64,000 nucleotides of DNA. Origin: an uncultured Spirochaetota bacterium (GTDB taxonomy: Bacteria; Spirochaetota; Spirochaetia; SZUA-6; Fen-1364). Below, one piece after another: positions 40,479 through 50,428 of this stretch (position 1 is the first letter of the stretch; every line of letters begins with the position of its first letter). The notes under the pieces are model-generated. The model was given only the letters and a program-made list of their open reading frames with translations, did not search any database and had not been told where the DNA came from. The position numbers and the translations under genes were made by a program. The stretch covers positions 1 through 64,000 of the forward strand of contig CAVUXE010000033.1 in the NCBI GenBank assembly GCA_963745235.1, in the 5' to 3' direction.

Positions 40479-41810
40479 TTACCTTGAAAGAGCCTCGTTG
40501 ATCTGCTGAGCCGCCTTGTCGAGGATGCCCTGCACGTCATCATCCGTGGTCAGCGTTGCCTGCCACGCCGCGAAGATGGCGGAGCCGATCTCGTTGTACC
40601 GGGGATGCGCAAAGAGAAGGTCGGCGTCCTTCGCCAGGGTCAGGAACCGCGAGACATCCGCGTTGGATCCGGCCATGTCCATCATGGCCTTTGTCGGCAG
40701 CAGGTATCCCACTTCGTTGTACCAGCCAACCGCCTGCGCGCCCGTGGTCATCCAGTTGACGAACCGCCACGCCTCGGTGGGGCTCTTTGTCTGCTTGTTG
40801 ACGCACCACACGAGCGCCTGGATGGGAGCATGGACCCGGTCAGCGCCGGGCGCCTTGGGATAGGGAACGACCACGAAATTGTCGGGAGAGAACCGGGCGT
40901 CTCCCTTTGCGCTGTCCTTGAGCAAGGGCATGGTCCACGTGGATCCCACGTACATCGCCACGTCGCCCACGGAGAAGCGCGCCCAGACGTCCTCGGGGAC
41001 CTTGACCGGGGCGTTGTTCTGGGCCCTCGCGAGCGCGCGGAAGTAGCTGAACGTCTTCACCCCGCCGGCCTGGTTGATGGCAGCAGTCTTTCCCGAGCTG
41101 TCCAGGATGGCGCCCCCGTTCTGGATGAGGAGCGGCTGGATGGGAATCAAGGTCCAGTCCGCGTTCCAGAGGGGCTCATACATGCCGGTCTGGACGAGCT
41201 TGTCCCCGTCGAAAATGGTGAGCTTTTTCGCCAGGGACTGCAGATCATCCCACGTGCGCGGATAGTCCCTGGTCGCATCCAGCCCTGCCCGCTTGAAGGC
41301 CAGCTTGTTCAGCATGAGCCCGAAGATGTTGAACTCGCGGTACAGGCCGTAGAGCTTTCCGTTGTAGTACAGCTTGTCGATGATGCCCGGCACGTATTGC
41401 GCCTTGAACGCCTCCGCGGATGAGAAGCCCATGCTGGAAAGGATCTGGGGGGTGATCTCCTGGAGCTGGCCCAGCCCCGCGAAGGTGTACATGTCGCTGA
41501 AGCTTGCCGTATTGAAGATATCGGGACCGCCCCCGGATGCAAGGGCGGCAAGGAGCTTGTTCTCGTAGGTGTCGTTGTCCGCCGCGGGCTCATAGGAGAG
41601 CGTGAAGTTGGGATGGTCTTTCTGGAATTGCAGAACGAGCTTCTGCAGATACGCGTTTGCAGGCGCGTGCGTATGAGTCCAGATGGTGAGCGATACGGGA
41701 GCGGTGGAAGCCATGGCGCCCGTCGGCTCTTTGGAGCCTCCCGCCCACAGAGACCCGGCAAGAAGCAGGGCCGAAGCGCCTGCCAGAACGAAAGTGCGAA
41801 CAGGATTCAT
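40479..41810 (-). CDS. Carbohydrate ABC transporter substrate-binding protein
   Basis: Signal ..LLAGSLWAGGSKE, SGGGPDI, NGKLYGL, PRTWDDL. Confidence 0.92.
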   Translation of the reverse strand: MNPVRTFVLAGASALLLAGSLWAGGSKEPTGAMASTAPVSLTIWTHTHAPANAYLQKLVLQFQKDHPNFTLSYEPAADNDTYENKLLAALASGGGPDIFNTASFSDMYTFAGLGQLQEITPQILSSMGFSSAEAFKAQYVPGIIDKLYYNGKLYGLYREFNIFGLMLNKLAFKRAGLDATRDYPRTWDDLQSLAKKLTIFDGDKLVQTGMYEPLWNADWTLIPIQPLLIQNGGAILDSSGKTAAINQAGGVKTFSYFRALARAQNNAPVKVPEDVWARFSVGDVAMYVGSTWTMPLLKDSAKGDARFSPDNFVVVPYPKAPGADRVHAPIQALVWCVNKQTKSPTEAWRFVNWMTTGAQAVGWYNEVGYLLPTKAMMDMAGSNADVSRFLTLAKDADLLFAHPRYNEIGSAIFAAWQATLTTDDDVQGILDKAAQQINEALSR

Positions 41811-41821
41811 GACCGTACCTC

Positions 41822-41894
41822 CGTTAACGTACACAATGTCACGCCTGGCAGCTGCATCGTCAAACACAGTTTTTCTTCGTATTTTCGTTAACGA
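41822..41894. promoter_or_regulatory. Two palindromic LacI-type operator candidates
   Basis: CGTTAACG (41822-41829) and TCGTTAACGA (41885-41894) lie in the divergent SBP/LacI intergenic region. Confidence 0.7.
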
Positions 41895-41907
41895 TTACGG
41901 AGACCAG

Positions 41908-42904
41908 GTGGCGCTGACGATAAAGGACATCGGGCGGCTCTGCGGGGTGTCGATCGGAACCGTGGATCGGGCGCTCAATGGCCGCCCTGGCGTGAATGCC
42001 GAGACCAAGGCCAGGGTGCTGGCCGTGGCCCGCCAGGTCGGCTACCGCCCCCATCTCCCGGCGAGGAGCCTCGTTACCGGCAAGACCATGACCGTCGGCG
42101 TGGTGGTCTTCAACCTCCGCAACTATTTCTTCAGCCAGCTTATCACCTCGATCGACAGGTTCCTTCGCGGCCATGACTACTCCGTGTACCCGGCCTTCAC
42201 GGAACGTGACCTCGACAACGAACGCGAGTGCCTGACGCGCCTGTGCTCGATGAATGTCGACGGGATCGTGCTTTTCCCCGTGGGCAGGGGGGCGGAGTAC
42301 GAAAGGTTCCTGCGGTCGCTGGGAGCGCCCATAGTCAGCGTCGGAAACCGCATCTCGAAAGCGTGGCCGTTCGCCGGGATTGACGACCAGAGCGCGGAGA
42401 TGGACGCGGTGAAGTTCATTGCGGATAAGGGATACGAAGAGGCGGTCTTCGTGGGGCCGCCGCTGTCCGACGGGGCCCGGCAGAACGTGTACGAGGTGGA
42501 ACAGCGCTACCTCGGTTTCTCGCAGGGCGCGCGGGAGCACCTGCGGGCGGGGAGGCCGCGGCTGGTGCAGTCAGCGGGCTACCTGGAAGAGGCGGCAGAG
42601 CTTGCCCGGCAGGCCACGAGAAGGACCGCGTTTCTCTGCAGCAGCGACATCTATGCCCTTCGCGTGCTCAAGGCGTTCCGCGAGCGGGGCATCGGGGTCC
42701 CCGAAGATGCCCGGGCTCATGGGCTTTGACAACATCGACGTGCTGGAGTTCATCCGGCCGCGCCTTGCAACCGTGGATTACCACATCGCCGGCATCGGGG
42801 AGGCCGCGGCAACCACGCTCCTTGCGCTGATGCGGGCAGAGGAGGAGGCGCAACGCAGGGTGTCCCTCATCACGCACGCCATCGTGCCGGGGGAATCAGT
42901 GTGA
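41908..42904 (+). CDS. LacI-family transcriptional regulator (frameshift near 42712)
   Basis: TIKDIGRLCGVSIGTVDRALN, GYRP..ARSL; C-terminal GFDNI, PRLATV. Confidence 0.92.
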
Positions 42905-43812
42905 AACCGGTGAGAGTTGCCGTCGTCGGGACCTTCGCCGTCGGAGTCACGCTTCGCTCCTCCCGGCTGCCGGCGTTCGGAGAGACGCTCCATGCGGAAG
43001 GGCTTGCCGTGGGCTACGGCGGGAAAGGGTCCAACCAGGCCGTGGCGTGCGCCCGGCTCGGAGCGGAGGTGGAGCTCGCAACCTGCGTCGGGCCGGACGC
43101 CTTCGGTGAAGGGGCTCGCGCTCTCTACAGGAATGAAGGTGTCGGGACCCGGTGGACAAAGACGGGCAGCCTGCCGACGGGTCTCGGCGTCATCGTTGTG
43201 GAGCCCGGGGGCAGGAACGCCATTCTCGTCGACATAGGGGCAAACCGCGAGATGGATGAGCGCTTCGTGGATGAGCGAGCCGCGCTGCTCGACGGGGCGG
43301 ACGTCCTCCTCACCGTCACCGAGGCGCCCCTTGTCGCCGTGAGAAGGTCCATTGAGCTTGCGTATTCCCGCGGCATCCCGACCGTTCTCAACCCCGCCCC
43401 GGCCGTGCCCCTGGATCAATCTCTTCTTTTCAAGGTCACGGTGCTGACGCCGAACGCCAGCGAGGTCGCCGCCCTCACCGGCAGGGAGGCGCGCTCACTG
43501 GATTCTGCCGCTGCCGCCGCCCGGGAGCTCCTGCGCCGGGGAGCGCGCAACGTGGTCGTGACCCTGGGAGAGGACGGGGCCGTTGCGTGCAGCGCGGAAG
43601 GGACCGTGCACGTGCCTGCCATCGCGGTGCGCGTGGTCGACACCACCGGCGCCGGGGATGCGTTTTCCGCGGGGCTGACGGTCGCCATGGCTGAAGGCAG
43701 GTCCCTTGTGGATGCGGTGAAGTTCGCCGTGCGCTGCGGCTCCTTTGCCTGCATGGCAGCTCAAGTGATTCCATCCCTGCCGCGCAGGGCTGATGTGGAG
43801 AGAAGCGTATGA
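42901..43812 (+). CDS. rbsK: Ribokinase / PfkB sugar kinase
   Basis: GGKGSNQA, LNPAP, PNASE, DTTGAGDAF. Confidence 0.85.
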   Translation: MKPVRVAVVGTFAVGVTLRSSRLPAFGETLHAEGLAVGYGGKGSNQAVACARLGAEVELATCVGPDAFGEGARALYRNEGVGTRWTKTGSLPTGLGVIVVEPGGRNAILVDIGANREMDERFVDERAALLDGADVLLTVTEAPLVAVRRSIELAYSRGIPTVLNPAPAVPLDQSLLFKVTVLTPNASEVAALTGREARSLDSAAAAARELLRRGARNVVVTLGEDGAVACSAEGTVHVPAIAVRVVDTTGAGDAFSAGLTVAMAEGRSLVDAVKFAVRCGSFACMAAQVIPSLPRRADVERSV

Positions 43813-44510
43813 ACGACTCAGAGATGGCCGCCAGGCTCCAGTACACCCTCGTGGATCCCTCCGCTTCCCGGGCGGATTTCACCCGTCATGTGGAGGCATG
43901 CGCGGAATACCGGTTTCACGCTGCCATGGTCCCGATGTGCTGGGTCCCCCTGGCGCGGACCATTCTCCAGGGCACGGGCGTGCGCGTCGCCACTTTCTTC
44001 GGCATCGGCATGGGCCACGAGAGTCTCGCGGCCAAATGCATGCTCCTTCGCGAATGCTGGGCGCTCGGGGCGGACGAGGTGGATTACCAGCCCAACATGA
44101 GCTTCTTCCTGAGCGGAATGGAAGAGCAGTTCGCCGAAGAGGGGCGCACCCTTGCGCGCATGAGCGAGGGAAGGCCCATCAAGGCGATGCTCGAGCTTGG
44201 CTACCTTGCGGACAGGGCATCGAAGGTGCGCGCGGCGCGTATGCTGGCGGATTCCGGCGTTCCCTGGGTCAAGAACTCGAGCGGAGTGGGGGAGAAGTCG
44301 GAACCGGCGACGGTTGAGAACATCAGCCTGCTGAAAGAAGCGGTGGCCGGCAAGGCCCACGTGAAGGGTTCGGGCAAGATCAGGACCCGCCAGCAGGCGG
44401 AGGCCCTGCTGGCCGCCGGCGCCGAGCTCCTGGGCACCAGCGCGGGACCGCAGATTGTCGGCGTCCGGGGGAAAGATCAACCGGGGCACCCAGGGAGCGG
44501 GCAGTACTAG
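43809..44510 (+). CDS. deoC: Deoxyribose-phosphate aldolase-like protein (divergent DeoC)
   Basis: GADEVD, IKAMLELGYL, VKNSSG, VKGSGKIR, LGTSAG. Confidence 0.7.
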   Translation: MNDSEMAARLQYTLVDPSASRADFTRHVEACAEYRFHAAMVPMCWVPLARTILQGTGVRVATFFGIGMGHESLAAKCMLLRECWALGADEVDYQPNMSFFLSGMEEQFAEEGRTLARMSEGRPIKAMLELGYLADRASKVRAARMLADSGVPWVKNSSGVGEKSEPATVENISLLKEAVAGKAHVKGSGKIRTRQQAEALLAAGAELLGTSAGPQIVGVRGKDQPGHPGSGQY

Positions 44511-46625
44511 ATGGAGGCGGAGGCAGACCTCATCCTGGAGCGCCTGAACCGGGACTTCCCCGGCCTGGTCCCGCAGAGCGGCCAGCAGTGGGTGCAGTAC
44601 CTGCTGGACTGGCGGCAGGTTATGGAGGACGAAACTGGTGTCGTCAGGCGCCGGCTGCAGGAGGAGCGGCGCCGGCTGCGCTTCGAGCTTGGGATCTCGC
44701 AGGAGCTCGTGGCGGGGACGGGCCGCGCGTGGGACAGAGGGATCGCGCTGGAGCACTTCTGGTTCCTCTACGAGAAGGACTACTACGATCCGGAGGCGCA
44801 GGCCTTTCGCGCGCAGAAGCTCGCTGATCACGTGCGGCAGGATTTCGGGACAGTCGATGCCATCTGCCTGTGGCAGGGCTACCCTCGGCTGGGGCTGGAT
44901 CATCGAAACCAGTTCGACTACCTCCGGGATCTACCCGGCGGCGTGACGGGGCTGCGGACCACCGTCTCCGTCTTGCAGGCAGCAGGGATGCGCTGCTTTC
45001 TCGCATACAACCCGTGGGACACCGGGACAAGGCGGGAGCCAAAGTCGGATGCCGAGACCCTTGCAGATATCCTGCGCGCCACCGGGGCGGACGGAGTTTT
45101 CCTTGACACTCTTTCAGGGGCGGATGCTTCTCTCCGGGAGACACTCCGCGCGGCAAGACCCGAAATCGCTGTCTGCCCCGAGCTTATCCCGTCCCTCGGG
45201 GACCTTTCCCGGTTGACCGGAGGCTGGCAGCAGTTCGCCCATCCCTCTCCTCCGTCTGTGCTTGCCCACCGGTGGCTGGACCCCGGGTTCTGCCTGCGAT
45301 ACGTGGACCGCTACGCGCGGTCACGCCGGGAACAGGTCAAGACAGCCTTCTTTCACGGGACCGGCCACGTGGTCTGGGAGAACGTGTTCGGGTGGTGGAA
45401 CCCCTGGTCGGGTGAGGACAGGCTCCTGCTGAAGCGGACCACGGCGCTGCTTCGCGAGCTCTCGGACTTCTTCCGCGATCCGGAGTGGGAGCCGTACGTG
45501 CCGACGCGCCGCGCCGGCGTCTACGCCATGGAATGGCATCACGAAGGCTCCGTGCTGTTCACACTCTACAACTCCAACCATGATCGATCTGAAACCGCCG
45601 CGCTCAGGCTTCCGCCCGGGGCTGCGGGAGACGCTGTCGACCTTTGGAGCCTGAAGGAGCTGGAGAAGGGAACAGAGGCTGGGACAATCACTTGCGACCT
45701 GGAGCCCGGGGCCATCGGATGCGTCCTGATCGGTCCAGGGAGGCGACCCTCGCCACTGTCCATGCCCTTCCCTGTGCCCGAAGACAGGCGGGAAGAGCGC
45801 CGACACAGGCAGGTCACCCTTGATGCGTACAAGCCCCGGCCTCCGCAAGCCGCCTCTCGTCGGGCGGCTCGCGGACAGAGGGACATGGTCAGAGTCCAGG
45901 GTTGCCGCTACGTGATGAGCGTCCATCGGGCGTGCAACGCTGTCATGGAGGGCGGGTCCTACGGCGACATCTCTCACCCGACGGCCAAGGGCGTGCCTGA
46001 CCAATGCTTCTGGCTTGCCACATACTGGATGGACCGTACGCCCGTCACGAAGGCCGCGTTCGCCGTCTTTCTGCGGCGCGCCCGGTTTGCCCCTGCTTCT
46101 CTTCCCGGCTTTCTTCGGGACTGGTCCAGGCCGTCGGGATCGGAAAGCCGGCCGTTTCTCTGGAGCCCACCTGCCGGCCACGGGGACCACCCGGTTGTGT
46201 GGGTCTCCCTTGAGGACGCGCGCGCGTATGCGCACTGGGCCGGGGCGCGCCTTCCCACAGAGGCGGAATGGCAGCTTGCGGCGGAAGGCCCGGATGGCAG
46301 GCGCTGGCCCTGGGGGGACGAGTATGATCCTTCCCTGTGCAACGGGGACTCGGCGGGAACCACGGACGTGCGCGCGTATCCCGGGGGGGCAAGCGCCGTC
46401 GGCTGCCTGGACATGTGCGGAAACGTGTGGGAGTGGACGGAAAGCGAGCGTGACGACGGCCACATGCGCTACGCGATGGTGCGCGGCGGCTCCTGGCTGC
46501 GCGTCAGCGGAAGCATCTGGTACACGGCAAGCGGCCCTCAGCCCTGCGACGTTCATGAGAAAGTTCCCCTGCTGGGGGCAGGACTGGACAGGCTGGCAAC
46601 CGTCGGCTTCCGCTGCGTGACCTGA
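44511..46625 (+). CDS. Glycosidase-like N-terminal domain fused to FGE-sulfatase (SUMF1-like) domain
   Basis: N-terminal YPRLGLDHRNQFD, YNPWDTGT, ADGVFLDT; C-terminal HPVVWVS..DA..YA.W...RLPTEAEW, DMCGNVWEW, RGGSW, GFRC. Confidence 0.8.
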   Translation: MEAEADLILERLNRDFPGLVPQSGQQWVQYLLDWRQVMEDETGVVRRRLQEERRRLRFELGISQELVAGTGRAWDRGIALEHFWFLYEKDYYDPEAQAFRAQKLADHVRQDFGTVDAICLWQGYPRLGLDHRNQFDYLRDLPGGVTGLRTTVSVLQAAGMRCFLAYNPWDTGTRREPKSDAETLADILRATGADGVFLDTLSGADASLRETLRAARPEIAVCPELIPSLGDLSRLTGGWQQFAHPSPPSVLAHRWLDPGFCLRYVDRYARSRREQVKTAFFHGTGHVVWENVFGWWNPWSGEDRLLLKRTTALLRELSDFFRDPEWEPYVPTRRAGVYAMEWHHEGSVLFTLYNSNHDRSETAALRLPPGAAGDAVDLWSLKELEKGTEAGTITCDLEPGAIGCVLIGPGRRPSPLSMPFPVPEDRREERRHRQVTLDAYKPRPPQAASRRAARGQRDMVRVQGCRYVMSVHRACNAVMEGGSYGDISHPTAKGVPDQCFWLATYWMDRTPVTKAAFAVFLRRARFAPASLPGFLRDWSRPSGSESRPFLWSPPAGHGDHPVVWVSLEDARAYAHWAGARLPTEAEWQLAAEGPDGRRWPWGDEYDPSLCNGDSAGTTDVRAYPGGASAVGCLDMCGNVWEWTESERDDGHMRYAMVRGGSWLRVSGSIWYTASGPQPCDVHEKVPLLGAGLDRLATVGFRCVT

Positions 46626-46644
46626 TTCGCTATGCTCGACCATC

Positions 46645-47539
46645 ATGAGCACGGGAGAAAAGTTCACCGTCGGCCTCGTGCAGATGACGCTGGTCCCGGA
46701 CCTCGACCAGAACCTGCGCCGGGCCATCCAGCTGGCAGAAGGAGCAGCGAAAGATGGGGCTCGCATCGTCTGCCTGCCCGAGCTCTTTCGGTCACAGTAT
46801 TTCTGCCAGCGGGAGGACGCGGCGTCCTTCGACCTTGCGGAGGCCGTTCCCGGCCCGTCCACGGCGGCCCTCGCGCCCGTTGCGCGGGACAGAAGGATCA
46901 CGCTGATCGTGCCCGTATTCGAGCGCCGAGCCCCGGGCCTGTATCACAACACCGCTGCCGTGATCGGACCGGACGGAAAGCTCGCTGGGCTGTATCGGAA
47001 GATGCACATCCCCGACGACCCGGGATATTACGAAAAGTTCTATTTCACACCGGGAGATCTGGGATACCGCGCTTTCGACACGGATGTGGGGCGCATCGGC
47101 ACGCTGATCTGCTGGGACCAGTGGTATCCCGAGGCTGCCAGGCTCACCGCTCTGCGCGGGGCCGGCATCCTCTTCTATCCCACCGCCATTGGCTGGCATC
47201 CGCGGGAAAAAGCCGAGCTTGGCGCCGCTCAGCGCGACGCCTGGATGACGATCCAGAGGAGCCACGCAATTGCGAACGGGGTGTACGTTGCCGCAGTCAA
47301 TCGCGCGGGGCTGGAAAGACCCCGCGGAGGGGGACGGGATCGAGTTCTGGGGCAGCACGTTTCTCTGTGACCCTTTCGGCGTGGTGACAGCCCAGGGCAG
47401 TACGGGCCGGGAAGAAGTGGTCCTGGGAGAGGTCGATCCATCCCGCATCGAAGAGGTCCGCCGCGGGTGGCCATTCCTTCGCGACCGGAGGATCGATTCC
47501 TACGCCGACCTGGACAAGCGGTTCATCGAGGGACCATGA
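46645..47539 (+). CDS. aguB: N-carbamoylputrescine amidase (frameshift near 47330)
   Basis: Nitrilase triad LPELF, YRKMHIPDDP, ICWDQWYPE; ends WPFLRDRRID. Confidence 0.88.
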
Positions 47540-48633
47540 GCGGGACGCCAGCCTCCTCGGGGCTTTCGCCCCTGCAGGGTTTTCGCATGCCGGCGGAATG
47601 GGAGCCGCATGAAGCGACCTGGCTCGCGTGGCCCCATCACCGGGCGGACTGGCCGCGGAAGTTTGCTCCCATTCCGTGGGTGTTCGGGGAGATCGTCCGA
47701 AAAACCGCTGCAAGCGAGAAAGTGCGCATCCTGGTCAGCTCGGCCCGCCACGAGAAGGAGGCGAGGCTCCTCCTTTCGCGGATCGGAGTGGGGGAGCCGG
47801 GCGCCACCGCGAACAGCGTGCAGTTTTTCAGGATCCCCACCAATCGCGCGTGGGCCCGGGACTTCGGGCCCATCCACGTCCGGCGCCAGGAGCCGCCCTC
47901 CGAGCTTGCCGTGGCGGGCTTCCGCTTCAACGCGTGGGCCCGGTATCCCGACTACGACAGGGATTGCCGGGTGGCGGAAAGGATCGCAGGCGCAATGAAG
48001 CGCCCGTACCACCGCGTGCGCTGCAAAGGGAAGGACGTCGTGCTGGAGGGAGGAAGCATCGACGTGAACGGAAAAGGAAGCCTGCTGACGACAGAGGAAT
48101 GCCTCCTGGACCGGGAGGTGCAGGCCCGAAATCCCCTCCTGGAGCGGGAGGACATCGAGGCTGCTCTGAAGAGCTCCCTTGGAGTTTCCCATATTCTCTG
48201 GCTTGGACACGGGATTGCGGGAGATGACACGCACGGCCACGTGGATGACCTGTGCAGGTTCGTGGCGCCGAAAACGGTGGTGCTTTGCAGGGAGCGCAAT
48301 CCTCGCGACACGAACTACCGGGCCCTGGAGGAAAACCGGGAAAGGCTCGAGGGATACCGGCTGGAGGATGGCTCCCGGATAGAGGTGATATTCCTCCCCA
48401 TGCCGGAGCCGCTTTTCATGGACGGCAGGCGCCTGCCGGCGAGCTACGCCAACTTCTACATAACGAACAGAGTCGTCATTGTTCCGACGTTCAACGATCC
48501 GAACGACCGAGCCGCGCTCGGCATCCTTGCTGATCTCTTCAAGGATCACACCGTTGTGGGGATCCACGCCGTGGATCTCGTGTGGGGCCGCGGGACGCTC
48601 CACTGCCTCACCCAGCAGGAGCCGCGCGCCTGA
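47536..48633 (+). CDS. aguA: Agmatine deiminase
   Basis: MPAEWEPH, WARDFGP, EGGSID, DDTHGHVD, GTLHCLTQQ. Confidence 0.92.
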   Translation: MSGTPASSGLSPLQGFRMPAEWEPHEATWLAWPHHRADWPRKFAPIPWVFGEIVRKTAASEKVRILVSSARHEKEARLLLSRIGVGEPGATANSVQFFRIPTNRAWARDFGPIHVRRQEPPSELAVAGFRFNAWARYPDYDRDCRVAERIAGAMKRPYHRVRCKGKDVVLEGGSIDVNGKGSLLTTEECLLDREVQARNPLLEREDIEAALKSSLGVSHILWLGHGIAGDDTHGHVDDLCRFVAPKTVVLCRERNPRDTNYRALEENRERLEGYRLEDGSRIEVIFLPMPEPLFMDGRRLPASYANFYITNRVVIVPTFNDPNDRAALGILADLFKDHTVVGIHAVDLVWGRGTLHCLTQQEPRA

Positions 48634-48638
48634 GCCTG

Positions 48639-49493
48639 CTATTGCAACGGCAGGAGCCCCAGGTTCTTTCCGATCATGCGGTCCACAAAGCGCTTCGGGA
48701 GCCGCCGCGACATCCAGAGCAGCGGGTTGCCCTGGCCAATCACGTAACGAACCTTCGGGTTGCGGTCAGTCAGCGCTCGAAGGACAACGGCCCCAACCCG
48801 CTCCGGCGGCGAGCCCTTGCGTCCGAAGCTGACCATGCCCTGCCTGAGCTTCATCATGGGGCCCAGGTAGGGAGATTCCGCGTACGGGGAGAGATCGATG
48901 GCGTCCGCCTTGTCCCACATCGTGCTTGCGACGCTTCCCGGATCCAGGGTGATCACGTCAACGCCGTACAGCATGCACTCCCGCCGCAGGCTTTCCGACA
49001 GGCCCTCCACCCCGTGCTTCGAGGCCGCATAGGGGCCCAGGAACGGGAGCGCAAACGTGCCGGCAATCGAGCTGATGTTGACGATCCGCGCAGGAGCGCC
49101 CGAGCCGTCTGATGCTTTGCGAAGAAGCGGGAAAAAGGCCTGCGTTACCGTCAGGACGCTGACGAGGTTCACCTCCAGTTGCCGCCGCAGCTCTGAAACA
49201 GGCATCTCCAGGAGAGGTCCAGGCACGGCAATGCCGGCGTTGTTGACCAGCCCGGCAAGCCGTTCGCCCTTCAGCGCCGCGCGCGTTTCTTCCGCGGCCC
49301 GCTTCACCGCATCCGCGTCAGTGACGTCGAACAGGAGGGGCGTGAGCTCCGCGCCGAGCTCCGCGGAAAGCCTCTTCGCGTCCTCTGGCCGGCGCACACT
49401 CCCGAAAACCCGAAAGCCGCGCGCCAGGAGCACGCGGGCGGTCCCGTTGCCGATGCCGCTGGAAACACCGGTCACGACGACAGGTCCGTTCAT
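48639..49493 (-). CDS. Short-chain dehydrogenase/reductase
   Basis: TGVSSGIG, NNAG, YAASK. Confidence 0.9.
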   Translation of the reverse strand: MNGPVVVTGVSSGIGNGTARVLLARGFRVFGSVRRPEDAKRLSAELGAELTPLLFDVTDADAVKRAAEETRAALKGERLAGLVNNAGIAVPGPLLEMPVSELRRQLEVNLVSVLTVTQAFFPLLRKASDGSGAPARIVNISSIAGTFALPFLGPYAASKHGVEGLSESLRRECMLYGVDVITLDPGSVASTMWDKADAIDLSPYAESPYLGPMMKLRQGMVSFGRKGSPPERVGAVVLRALTDRNPKVRYVIGQGNPLLWMSRRLPKRFVDRMIGKNLGLLPLQ

Positions 49494-49494
49494 C

Positions 49495-50352
49495 TCATTC
49501 CTCCAGTTCTCCGTAGTGAACCTTCATGCACTGGGGGCAGACCGTGTGGCTGAAGAGGGCTTCCGAGTGCCTCCCCACGTATGCCTCCACGGGCAGCCAT
49601 GCGCCTGTCGGGTCTCTGATCTTCTTGCAGTGGCTGCATATGGGCAGCAGGCCTGACAGCGTCTTCACCTCCTGCCGCGCGGCCGCGAGGTCCTTCTGGA
49701 GCCGCTGCGAGTTTGCGATGATGAGCCCTGACGCAAGCAGGAAGTTCGTCGAGAATGCGGCCAGCACTGTCAGCCGCTGGAGGATGCCGGCGGTCATGAG
49801 GGACTGGCCGGGTTCCCCCGCAAAGAGCGCGAGCACGCCGCGAAGGGTGAACCATGAAGCGACGACGGCATATGTCGCGCCCAGGATGGAGCTCCGGCGC
49901 CCGACGACAGATGGAAAACCGCGGATCACGGTGGCAAACGATCGCCAGGCCACAAAAGCAACTGCCGCCGAGTACGTGATGATCCGCGCATTGAGATCGG
50001 GCCATGCCCACAGGAAGAGACTGAGCGCGCCCGCGGCCACGGCGAGAGTCCCCGCATCCAGCCAGGTCTTTTGCGGGCGCCCGGTGAAAGAGCTCAAGCC
50101 GCGCATCAGGAGGACGTAGGCCCCGACGCCCACCACGTTGGCCACCACGACTCCAAACACGTCGGGGATGACGCCCTGCAGGCCGAGCAGGGACAGGCCG
50201 GCGCAGCCGGCCAGGGACCCGACGGCCCACGTAACGATTCCCGGATATACCTTCTGCACTCTCACCAGGTACACGAGAGACGCCGCGATGAAAGCGCCCT
50301 GCGCTCCCGTCATCGTGATCAGTGTCCTCATGTCGAGATAGGTGATGATCAC
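49495..50352 (-). CDS. Multi-TM sensor-like membrane protein with C-terminal Cys/His zinc-ribbon-like motif
   Basis: About 7 TM segments, then VKTLSGLLPICSHCKKIRD...W..VEAY...HSEALFSHTVCPQC. Confidence 0.75.
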   Translation of the reverse strand: MIITYLDMRTLITMTGAQGAFIAASLVYLVRVQKVYPGIVTWAVGSLAGCAGLSLLGLQGVIPDVFGVVVANVVGVGAYVLLMRGLSSFTGRPQKTWLDAGTLAVAAGALSLFLWAWPDLNARIITYSAAVAFVAWRSFATVIRGFPSVVGRRSSILGATYAVVASWFTLRGVLALFAGEPGQSLMTAGILQRLTVLAAFSTNFLLASGLIIANSQRLQKDLAAARQEVKTLSGLLPICSHCKKIRDPTGAWLPVEAYVGRHSEALFSHTVCPQCMKVHYGELEE

Positions 50353-50428
50353 TCCCCCCTATAGTCCAAGGCGTCCGCGAAGTCAATCCGTCCCTGAAAC
50401 AGACCGATACTGCTTGTGGAGCTCCCGC

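Noticed and set aside
45321-46901. 526-aa minus-strand ORF
   Set aside because: Antisense to the FGE fusion and aguB; low-complexity R/P/A/G product.
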